A stretch of 34,464 nucleotides of DNA from an uncultured Gammaproteobacteria bacterium (lineage in GTDB: Bacteria > Patescibacteriota > Patescibacteriia > UBA9629), in assembly GCA_964471805.1 (NCBI GenBank), contig CAYYGX010000003.1, positions 1 through 34,464 on the forward strand. The letters run 5' to 3'. The translations under genes were made by a program, and so were the position numbers. The notes beneath the pieces were generated by a model that was not told where the DNA came from, made no database searches, and worked only from the letters and a program-made list of their open reading frames with translations. Below, one piece after another: positions 1 through 7,897 of this stretch. The first letter of the stretch is position 1; each line of letters begins with the position of its first letter.

Positions 1-3000
1 CAACTGGTTTTTTCTGTAAATCCTCTACTGTTGAGGATCCGCTACTGCCGCCGCCAGAGGGAGCAAGAGTCAAAACCCCTCCGCTTGATGCGCTTGCCGG
101 CGTTGTAACCGACACTGTGCTAGAAGACGACGAGTCTCCGCTCCCGTTTGTCGCTTTTATGTAATAGGAATAAGTTGTGGAAGCAGATCTGCCTGTGTCG
201 GTATAAGAAACAGCATTCGCCGCTGTAGTTGTAACAAGCACCCCTCCGCGATAAATTTTAAAACCTGTTTCGTCGTTGCTGTTATCGGTCCACGACAACT
301 GAACAGTGGAGGCATCAGCGGCTGTTGCCGCAAGGTTTGTTGGAGTATTCGGCACGTCTCCTCCTGTGGGGCCTCCAGAGGAAAAGTGGTTGGTCTTGAT
401 GATAAAAAAATTATTGTCAGTGTCTTTTATCACATTTGAATAACTCTCCCAACTGCCGGTTGAAGTATCATAGTACTTTGGAGTAATGCTGTCTTCTGAA
501 TAACCAGCGTCCGCGATCAAAACTGGATCATAATGCATGTAAATCGTTATATTCTGCACAAACTCCTCAATTTTATTGCCAGAGGAATCCCGCGCTTCAA
601 AATTATAGGAAAGTCCAATGGGCTTATCTTTTGCATCTGGTTTTACATTCACGGTCGGCGTGATAGAGACAGTTAGAGTGCCCGAGGTTGCAATGGCGCC
701 TGCTGGAATATCAATCTTAACTTCATCTTGCGGAGACCCGTTAACAATCTTGCTTAAAGTAACTGTTTGCGATTGCGAGGCGTCAAACGAAGAGCTTACT
801 CCATCAGAGATGGTGATATTTTTTGAAGCCAAAGCCAAATTCTGCGTGTAGGAAGCTGTGCCTGCGACTGTGATTACTGTAGTTTCAGGCGATTCATAGT
901 ACCCGTTATTCACGTCTGATGCCGCAACAATGTGCCAAGTGTCGCCTTGCGTTACTTTTAAAGAATATGCGCCGTTCGTTGTTGCTGTGCCCGCGCTTCT
1001 ATCGTTTTCAGACCATGCGCGGATAAATCCGGCTTGGGCCGCGCTATTTAACGTAATTGTCCCTGAAATCGTGGCATTGGAAGCGGAAAACTGTAGATCA
1101 TTGCCGCTTGAAGTAGCGCCCGATGCAACAGTAACGCTTACAAGATTCGGGTTGAGTAAATCCCTCGTATCCCATGGCGGAATACCGGCGCCGATTTTAT
1201 ATGTGCCGGCTGGAACACGAAGCGAGTATGTTCCATCAGTATTAGTAAATGTTCCAAGCCCAGGTCCCCCTGGCCCCTCAAACTCGTCAACCATAGCTTG
1301 GGAACCAAAATCAGCAAACACCCATACAAGCCCATAGCCCGTACCTGTCATTGCGGTCCCATCGGGATTCTTCACAGTTCCAGTGATTATGGAGTCAAGC
1401 CGCTTTACTTTAAAATTGCGCGTTGCAACGCCCACATCTGCAACAGTAACTTTGACATCTTCGTTTATCGCCATGTACTGGCTTTGCCCAAACCACATAA
1501 ACGAATCAATGAAAGCGTCTACATACCAATCGCCGCCAGAGACCGGCAAACTATACGCGCCAGTTGAAGCGTTTGATTCGGTAAATTGCCAGCCGCCGCC
1601 TTCGCGATCGCCGTTTATATAGGCGCGAATACCGATAACTTCTTCTCCAGTGTCATATGCTCCGTCAGCGTCCGCATCTAGATAAAAATGTCCCGAGATG
1701 GTGGCATTATTTTCTTTCACAATTAAGTTGACATCTTTTGATGTGTCAGCCGTAGCAATAGTTGCGGTTACGGTTCCGTTTAATGTATAGTCTGATCCCG
1801 GGGGCATGCTCAAGCCAACTTCATAAGTTCCTGCGGGCACATTGATTTCAGTGTATCCATTGACAAGCCCGCCGCCTGAAAACCCGCCTTGCTCCATGCC
1901 CGGTCCAAGTGCGCCTGTTCCCATAGAACTCCCTCCGCTTGTGATCATTCCCGCTTTTGTCATCATATCTTCCATAGGACCTCCAAAATCAAGTAAGGAG
2001 CCGAGAGAGGCATCTTTCACCCACACGCCTCCCCAAATGTCAGACACTTTAGTGCCGTCAGATTTTTTCACCCTAACTTTTAACTTTTTATTAGCGATCT
2101 TCAACTCAAAATTTTTACCGTTTGAAATTTCGTTTGCGGTAATGACAATTTTCTGCGGGCTTCCTTGATAGACATACTGATTGCTCATTGGCATAACTGT
2201 CACTCCCCATGTGCCAGCCCATACGCTTAAAGAATAGGCGCCAGTTTGATCAGTTGAGTCCATTGCAAAGCCAGCTCCGTCATAAAGCCACGCATTGACA
2301 ATCACGTTTTGCATCGGATTTCCGTCTTCGTCCTGCACAAACCCGGTAATTGTGGAGTTTCGGCTCTTTAGATACATAGTGCCCGCATCCCCGGTTGCGC
2401 CAGAGGCAACAGTCACTGATTTTGGATCTGGCGAGCCATAATTGCCGAGCGATGAAAATACGTTTACCGTATATGTGCCGGCCGGCACTTTAACGCTAAA
2501 CCTGCCTTGATTGTCAGTTTGCGAACCGTTACCTCTTCCTTTATTGCCGATAAGATCCACCCACGCGTATTGCACCGCTGTGTTATCCGGAGTTTTTACA
2601 ACGCCTGAAATTATTGCGTCTGTTGGAGTTACCGGGAAATTTATGGTCTGTGATTCACTCACGCTATTTTCCGCGAAATTAGCTTGCATGGGAAATCCGG
2701 TATACACCCAGTCCGGTTCTGTGCCTTCATACGATGGTCTCACTTCAACCCACCACGAACCGCCTGAAACGCGTAAAGTATACACTCCGCTTGTCGAGGT
2801 TTTCACTTCAAAATAACTTCCGCCGCGCTCCCCATGAGAGCTTACCGATGCATTTGCCACTTCTTCTCCGCTGTCATAGGAACTATTGCTGTTTACGTCT
2901 TTAAACACTCTGCCGGTAATGATTTTTGGCGGAGTGATAAGATCTATCGTATTATTAGAAAGAGCAACACCGTTTTGTTTAATAACGCCAACCTCGCCGG

Positions 3001-6000
3001 TAATTTCAACCGAGAGTCCAGAAGGCGCGACAAATGCTTGTTCCCCACCCCACCCCAAGTTGACCTCTATCTGATAGGTGCCGTCAGACAAGCCGCCGAT
3101 GCGGAAATATCCATTTTCATCCGTGCTTCCGCCGGCGTTATTCGCCCATAATTGATCATGCGCCATAACCCATACGCCGGAAACCGCTTGACTGCTTGGA
3201 TTTAAGATCCTGCCTTTTAAATTCGGAGTTGCGACACGTAGCGCCTTGCCTGCAAAATTTGCAGAGGCCGCTCCCAAAGTCGCGTTTAAGTCTGTTGTGT
3301 CAGCATTGCCGTCTGCATTTGCGTCAAGAAAAGTTACGCCTCTATATTTGCGCGACGAATACACGCTTCCCCACCCGGGATATACTTCCAACGTATAAGT
3401 GCCGGGAGTAACACCGCCAAAGGAAAATGTTCCGCTTGCGGTTGTGTTTCCTCCATACCAGCCGCCGCCGTTCATTGGTCCTTCAACATAAAGCGACACC
3501 CATGCATTGGAAATTGCGGTATCAGGCGTTGGATTTTCTGAACTGACAGAGCCAGCCGGGGATGCAAGAGTTCCTGTGATATTTGGAGAAGTAAGGTTTA
3601 AATTTTTCGTTCTGGTCGCGGCATCTCCAGTAATCGTATGACACGCGCGCACTCGCGAGTAACTTGACTGCCCCCATGGCATTGCCTCAATTTCGTAAAG
3701 CCCGGCTGTTACATCGCCAAACGCGTATCTGCCTTGACTATTAGTCTGCGTCCACCGAGACATTCCATCTCCGCTACATCCTGCGCCATTAGCGGACGCT
3801 TCTCGCAGTCCAATTCCTATATTTGCCTGCGGCGTTACGCCAGTTGGATCATATAAAATGCCGGAAAAGCTGTTCGGGTCATTTGTCGGATCAATTAAAC
3901 GAATAATCACTGAATTATTTGCAAGAAGCGGCTCGTCAGCGTCGTTTGTATCGCCGCTAACTGTGGAAAGAGCGCCGCTTGCAATTACTACTGCTTTTGC
4001 CGAAGGCGCAATATAAAAGCTATCCCAACTTGGGTTTACAGTGATTTGCCATGCGCCATCAGTTGGCGCGTTTAAACTAAACTGCCCTGTGCCAGATGTA
4101 CTTCCGCCATAACATGTCCCCATGCCAGACGAAGGACAAAGATTGAGCCATACATTTGTCTGTCCAGTGCTCCCAGTTGGACTATAGATATAGCCAGTAA
4201 TATTTGGCGTTGATAATTTGATGTTGCTCGGAGATGTCAAAGGAAGAGTGGAGACATCAATGTCATTTGAATACGCCGCATAGCCAGATGGCGGCTGGGC
4301 GCTCATATAATATCTCCCTGTTGAAGATAGGTAGAAAGAATATCTGCCGCACGAATCAGTCTGTCCGTTTGTCCAAAAATTGTCCTTGCTCATATTAACC
4401 CATGTATTTCCAAGCCCTTCGGTTGTTTCTCCAGGATCGCACTTGCCATTGCTGTTTGCGTCAGTAAAATCATAAGCGCTGTCGCTGTCTGCATCAGCAT
4501 AAATATAGCCGTAAAAATTTGGCGAGCCGAAGCGCATGGTTCCAAGAGCAGTAATACCAGAAACGCTCACACCATCAACCCGAGTCCGAGGATATGAACA
4601 GAATTTTGCAACAGTTGTATCAGGATTTCCGCAATAAGATGGTTCAAGCTCTATATTATAGGTACCGTTTGCAACGCCGGCAAAAGTGAATGAGCCGCTT
4701 GCGTCTGTGGTGGTCCAACGATCAAAACTCCAATCGGATTTAAAAATATGCACATTGGAAGATGGGACAGCAGTGTCTGGAAAAGGGTTGGCGTCAGATG
4801 CGGCGCCAGTTGGAGTTTTTATTATGCCGGTAACATTTTCCGCGGCAATCGTGATATTTTGAAGATAGGGTCCGGCGCCTGTTACAGTAATAGTCGCAGA
4901 AGTGGTGAAATAGCGATTCACGTTCCAGTCATAATCAGAAGGAGTAACGTCTATTGTGTACGACGGAGCCGTAGTTGAAGAAGGAACATAAATTTTATAC
5001 GAGCCGTCAGCGCCGGTTTTGGCATCTTGTTCTGTAGTCCAGCTTTGATTATGAATAGTGATGTCTGCACCATAAATAGGGGTGCTACCATCCGGCGCAT
5101 ACACCGTGCCATAGATCACTTTGGTTACAAAATTAATCGTTCCAATTGTTGTCGCGGCGTTTACTATTACAACCTGTTCGATGGATTTTGACGGAGCGGC
5201 GCCAGTAGAGCCAGTGCCAGGAGTGGTATACACAACATTATATGTGCCTGCTGGAACCACAAGCGCAAACTTGCCGTCTTTTTGCGTCTGCCCCCGATAC
5301 CTTGTCCACGTGGCCGCATCAGTGTATGCCTCAACTGGAACCATATCAACCGCAGTTGTACCGTCAGTGTCTTTAATCGTGCCGGTGAGCACTCCATAGG
5401 TTGCATCATATATAGAGAAAGGTCGAGAAATCGATTCGTCGCCGTTTGTTGTTCGGACAATAACAGGTAGCGAATAAACGCTTGCGGAAAGCGCGGGCAC
5501 GGTAATCGTAAGCGATGTGTCAGAGCCGCTCGTAACTGCCGCTTGCGCGCCTCCCACAGTAACTGTTGAACTGGCATTTACAAGGTTAAGGCCAGTTAAA
5601 ATAACCGAGTCCCCCGCTTTTGCATATATTGGCGTGATGTTGTCAATTCTTGGATCAGTGGAAGCAATAACTGTTGTTGTGCTCGCGTTAATTAACATGG
5701 TTTCTCCACTAGTATTTTTAATATTTTGAACTGTTAGTTTGGCAGTTGCTCCTTGGGTTAACTGCAAGCCGTAAATTTTTTGGGTATTGGTGGCGCTTGC
5801 GTAGTCTGTATAGTGGCTATACGCATTGCGTCTGCTCAATACTTTGTTCGTCCCTGTTGGCGACTGAAGAGCGAAGTTTGCTAAATTCTCTGCGCTATAC
5901 GTGTACGTTGCGGCAGTCATGTCCTCGGTTGTTTCAACAGGCTGATCAAACACGACTTTTATTGATGTCTCGCTAACTTGAATAGAATTAATTACTGGCG

Positions 6001-6097
6001 CGGTAGCAAACGCAAAATTCCCCGACCACAGAATGGTTCTTATGATTATAATACTGCCAATAATTTTTTTTGCGTGTTTTGAGAAATGCGGGTTCAT
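1..6097 (-). CDS. Giant secreted cell-surface (adhesin-like) protein; first 2,032 codons, 3' end runs off the window
   Basis: My own translation of the minus strand, with codon low coordinates = 2 mod 3. ATG at 6095-6097. N-terminus MNPHFSKHAKKIIGSIIIIRTILWSGNFAFA/TAPV looks like a signal peptide. Frame checked codon by codon at 2-40, 242-361, 1202-1261, 3002-3061 and 6002-6097 with no stops; the rest was read through less rigorously. An Ig/IPT-like segment (ITPIYAKAGDSVILTGLNL..VTVGG) is followed by many ~90-100 aa beta-sandwich repeats with recurring VPAGTY / GxYxL motifs and acidic Ca-binding-like loops (YLDADADGAYDTGEEV, FKDVNSNSSYDSGEEV, FLDANADGNADTTD, DANSNGKCDPGE), typical of SdrD-B / CarboxypepD_reg-like domains. 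An FN3-like segment lies near 105-350 (PTNLAATAADASTVQLSWTDNSNDETGFKIYRGG). Absent from the ORF track because there is no stop in the window. Confidence 0.85.
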   Translation of the reverse strand, partial: MNPHFSKHAKKIIGSIIIIRTILWSGNFAFATAPVINSIQVSETSIKVVFDQPVETTEDMTAATYTYSAENLANFALQSPTGTNKVLSRRNAYSHYTDYASATNTQKIYGLQLTQGATAKLTVQNIKNTSGETMLINASTTTVIASTDPRIDNITPIYAKAGDSVILTGLNLVNASSTVTVGGAQAAVTSGSDTSLTITVPALSASVYSLPVIVRTTNGDESISRPFSIYDATYGVLTGTIKDTDGTTAVDMVPVEAYTDAATWTRYRGQTQKDGKFALVVPAGTYNVVYTTPGTGSTGAAPSKSIEQVVIVNAATTIGTINFVTKVIYGTVYAPDGSTPIYGADITIHNQSWTTEQDAKTGADGSYKIYVPSSTTAPSYTIDVTPSDYDWNVNRYFTTSATITVTGAGPYLQNITIAAENVTGIIKTPTGAASDANPFPDTAVPSSNVHIFKSDWSFDRWTTTDASGSFTFAGVANGTYNIELEPSYCGNPDTTVAKFCSYPRTRVDGVSVSGITALGTMRFGSPNFYGYIYADADSDSAYDFTDANSNGKCDPGETTEGLGNTWVNMSKDNFWTNGQTDSCGRYSFYLSSTGRYYMSAQPPSGYAAYSNDIDVSTLPLTSPSNIKLSTPNITGYIYSPTGSTGQTNVWLNLCPSSGMGTCYGGSTSGTGQFSLNAPTDGAWQITVNPSWDSFYIAPSAKAVVIASGALSTVSGDTNDADEPLLANNSVIIRLIDPTNDPNSFSGILYDPTGVTPQANIGIGLREASANGAGCSGDGMSRWTQTNSQGRYAFGDVTAGLYEIEAMPWGQSSYSRVRACHTITGDAATRTKNLNLTSPNITGTLASPAGSVSSENPTPDTAISNAWVSLYVEGPMNGGGWYGGNTTASGTFSFGGVTPGTYTLEVYPGWGSVYSSRKYRGVTFLDANADGNADTTDLNATLGAASANFAGKALRVATPNLKGRILNPSSQAVSGVWVMAHDQLWANNAGGSTDENGYFRIGGLSDGTYQIEVNLGWGGEQAFVAPSGLSVEITGEVGVIKQNGVALSNNTIDLITPPKIITGRVFKDVNSNSSYDSGEEVANASVSSHGERGGSYFEVKTSTSGVYTLRVSGGSWWVEVRPSYEGTEPDWVYTGFPMQANFAENSVSESQTINFPVTPTDAIISGVVKTPDNTAVQYAWVDLIGNKGRGNGSQTDNQGRFSVKVPAGTYTVNVFSSLGNYGSPDPKSVTVASGATGDAGTMYLKSRNSTITGFVQDEDGNPMQNVIVNAWLYDGAGFAMDSTDQTGAYSLSVWAGTWGVTVMPMSNQYVYQGSPQKIVITANEISNGKNFELKIANKKLKVRVKKSDGTKVSDIWGGVWVKDASLGSLLDFGGPMEDMMTKAGMITSGGSSMGTGALGPGMEQGGFSGGGLVNGYTEINVPAGTYEVGLSMPPGSDYTLNGTVTATIATADTSKDVNLIVKENNATISGHFYLDADADGAYDTGEEVIGIRAYINGDREGGGWQFTESNASTGAYSLPVSGGDWYVDAFIDSFMWFGQSQYMAINEDVKVTVADVGVATRNFKVKRLDSIITGTVKNPDGTAMTGTGYGLVWVFADFGSQAMVDEFEGPGGPGLGTFTNTDGTYSLRVPAGTYKIGAGIPPWDTRDLLNPNLVSVTVASGATSSGNDLQFSASNATISGTITLNSAAQAGFIRAWSENDRSAGTATTNGAYSLKVTQGDTWHIVAASDVNNGYYESPETTVITVAGTASYTQNLALASKNITISDGVSSSFDASQSQTVTLSKIVNGSPQDEVKIDIPAGAIATSGTLTVSITPTVNVKPDAKDKPIGLSYNFEARDSSGNKIEEFVQNITIYMHYDPVLIADAGYSEDSITPKYYDTSTGSWESYSNVIKDTDNNFFIIKTNHFSSGGPTGGDVPNTPTNLAATAADASTVQLSWTDNSNDETGFKIYRGGVLVTTTAANAVSYTDTGRSASTTYSYYIKATNGSGDSSSSSTVSVTTPASASSGGVLTLAPSGGGSSGSSTVEDLQKKPV

Positions 6098-6130
6098 AGA
6101 AAATTCAAAATTAAATTTTTTATTCCCTTG

Positions 6131-6159
6131 ATTATCGCACTGCATATAAGATGTGTCAA
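6131..6159 (-). promoter_or_regulatory. Sigma70-like promoter for the giant surface-protein gene
   Basis: Minus strand reads TTGACA (6159-6154), a 17-nt spacer, then GATAAT (6136-6131). A TG lies one base upstream of the -10 (extended -10). Sits about 35 nt upstream of the ATG at 6097. Confidence 0.5.
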
Positions 6160-6181
6160 TATACAATCATATTCATATTCT

Positions 6182-7417
6182 TCATAGATAACCTTTGCGC
6201 AGTTTCTTGTGATACGATAGCGCAAAACGATGGGCTTCGTCGCGAACGCGCGCAAATATCTCTCGTAATTCCATAATTTCTTTTTTCAAAATTCTTGCCT
6301 CTTTATTGAATATCAGTTCAACTTTTTTTCTGGTTTTTCCTTTTGCGATGCCAACAATTGGGACAGAAAAATTCATTGATCTCGCGATTTCTGCTCCAGC
6401 ATTCACCTGCGCTACTCCGCCGTCAATAAAAATTATATCAGGCAAATTCCATTCGTTATGTGTAAAACGCCGTCCTAAAATTTCTTTTAGCATTTTGACA
6501 TCATTTATGCCTTCAACTGTTTTTATTTTGAATTTCCTGTATTCTTTTTTATCCGGCTCGCCTCTTGTGAACACAACCATGCTCCCGACCGCATATTTAC
6601 CGCTGATATTAGAAACATCATACCCTTCAATTCGCTGAAACGGAATTTCAGGCATTTCCTCTTTTTTTATTAGCGCTACATCTCTGATATGTTTGAGATT
6701 ATAAAGTTGATTTCTAATTCGCGCCGCTGATTCAAAATTTTCTTCTTTGCTCAATCTTTCCATTTCACGGACGAGGTTTGCTATGACGCGCTTTCGTTTC
6801 CCACTAAAAAATAAAATGAGATTTTTGATTATTTTTTTGTACTCGCGCGGAGTAATAGCGCCGATGCATACGCCCTGGCACTCCCCAAGATGATAATAAA
6901 AGCAAGGTTTTGATTTTTTTTGATTTGCCGGCGGTTTGCACGAGCTAAACGGAATTATTTTCCGCACAAGTTTCAGTAATGATTGAAGCAGATCTCTGCT
7001 TTTGAACGGGCCGAAGACCGCTTGATAGAGCTCGGTAGTTTTTTCTAATTCTCTCCCTCGCGCCGCGAGCACGCGCGGGTAAGCGTCTTTTGTAATCACG
7101 GCATACATAAAACTTTTGTCGTCTTTTTGTTCTATGTTGTATTTGGGCTGATATTTTTTAATAAGCTCCGCTTCTTTGAAGGTTGCTTCCAGCACAGAGT
7201 CGGTTTTGATAGAGTTAATTGATGCGATATGCGCGACGAGCGCTTCGGTCTTCGCGTCGTGGGCTTTCGTGAAATACGAGGCAACGCGTTTTTTGAGCGA
7301 TCCCGCTCTGCCGACGTAAATGACGACACCGTGCGCATCTTTCATCAGATACACGCCGGGAGTGTTCGGCAAATGCTTGACAGAGTGTGAAATATATGAT
7401 TGAATGCTGTGTTTCAT
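6182..7417 (-). CDS. uvrC: Excinuclease ABC subunit C, compact 411-aa form
   Basis: GIY-YIG N-terminus (GVYLMKD..VIYVGRAGSLKKRVASYF). Cys cluster CKPP..CFYYHLGECQGVC. UVR-type helix (VIANLVREMERLSKEENFESAARIRNQLYNL). RNase-H-like endonuclease region (IEGYDVSN..IFIDGGVAQV..DEAHRFA). The ORF ends right after the endonuclease domain. Confidence 0.9.
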   Translation of the reverse strand: MKHSIQSYISHSVKHLPNTPGVYLMKDAHGVVIYVGRAGSLKKRVASYFTKAHDAKTEALVAHIASINSIKTDSVLEATFKEAELIKKYQPKYNIEQKDDKSFMYAVITKDAYPRVLAARGRELEKTTELYQAVFGPFKSRDLLQSLLKLVRKIIPFSSCKPPANQKKSKPCFYYHLGECQGVCIGAITPREYKKIIKNLILFFSGKRKRVIANLVREMERLSKEENFESAARIRNQLYNLKHIRDVALIKKEEMPEIPFQRIEGYDVSNISGKYAVGSMVVFTRGEPDKKEYRKFKIKTVEGINDVKMLKEILGRRFTHNEWNLPDIIFIDGGVAQVNAGAEIARSMNFSVPIVGIAKGKTRKKVELIFNKEARILKKEIMELREIFARVRDEAHRFALSYHKKLRKGYL

Positions 7418-7489
7418 AAAAACAAATCTGCTGTAGCTATCTTTATTGAGGGTGAAGGTATGTTATGGCAAAGTTGTTTTATTTTCAAT

Positions 7490-7845
7490 ATGAGTGAAGA
7501 AATTAGTCAAGAATTATCCAAAGGAGGGGAAATAGAAAAAAATGTTAACGGATTATTTGCAGAATCTGTGAAGAGTGCTCGTGAAAAAAAGGTCTATCAG
7601 TAGAAGAATTAACGGAAATATTAAAATTCCATAAAGACGAGATTATAATAGATATTGAAAAAGGAATTTATTTTCCACCTTACGGCATTTTTCAGGAAAT
7701 ATGTGAAGCCTTAGACATACCTGAAGAAGAGCGAGATAATTTATATATGTTTGTCAACGAAAAAAGAATAGGAAAGGGCGGTAGATTTGCAGAACCGACA
7801 AGACAAGAAAGATATGATGGTGAAGAGGTGGTCAAGAACAAGTAG
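7490..7845 (+). pseudogene. XRE-family HTH regulator split by a -1 frameshift in an A7 tract (error, pseudogene or programmed frameshift)
   Basis: Frame 0 (7490-7603) gives MSEEISQELSKGGEIEKNVNGLFAESVKSAREKKVYQ*. The -1 frame (7591-7845) gives GLSVEELTEILKFHKDEIIIDIEKGIYFPPYGIFQEICEALDIPEEERDNLYMFVNEKRIGKGGRFAEPTRQERYDGEEVVKNK*. Joined at the A tract they form a canonical XRE helix-turn-helix (..SAREKK-GLSVEELTEIL....IEKG). It is the only plus-strand protein gene in the window. Confidence 0.7.
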
Positions 7846-7867
7846 ATTAATCAACCGTTTCAAAACT

Positions 7868-7892
7868 AAAACCGCCTTTGCCGGGCGGTTTT
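7868..7892. terminator. Bidirectional rho-independent terminator between the convergent XRE gene and uvrA
   Basis: Perfect 9-bp stem AAAACCGCC / GGCGGTTTT with a 7-nt loop (TTTGCCG). U-runs follow on both strands (TTTTATCGTTT on plus; TTTTAGTTTTG on minus). Confidence 0.75.
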
Positions 7893-7897
7893 ATCGT

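Noticed and set aside
618-5976. About 20 plus-strand and 2 minus-strand short ORFs (60-136 aa) listed in the track across the first 6 kb
   Set aside because: All lie antisense to, or out of frame with, the continuous 2,032-codon minus-strand ORF. Their translations are low-complexity (P/S/C/R-rich) with no motifs, typical of shadow ORFs.
1-6100. Possible alternative genetic code (for example UGA recoding) to explain the lack of long ORFs in the track
   Set aside because: The region is open in the standard code on the minus strand. TGA, TAA and TAG all act as ordinary stops at well-defined gene ends elsewhere in the window (rseP and the sugar transferase end in TGA).
7400-7489. N-terminal extension of the XRE ORF (TTG at 7400) overlapping the uvrC start codon
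   Set aside because: The extension (MNAVFHKNKSAVAIFIEGEGMLWQSCFIFN) has no HTH-family character and overlaps divergent uvrC. The ATG at 7490 gives a sensible XRE N-terminus.
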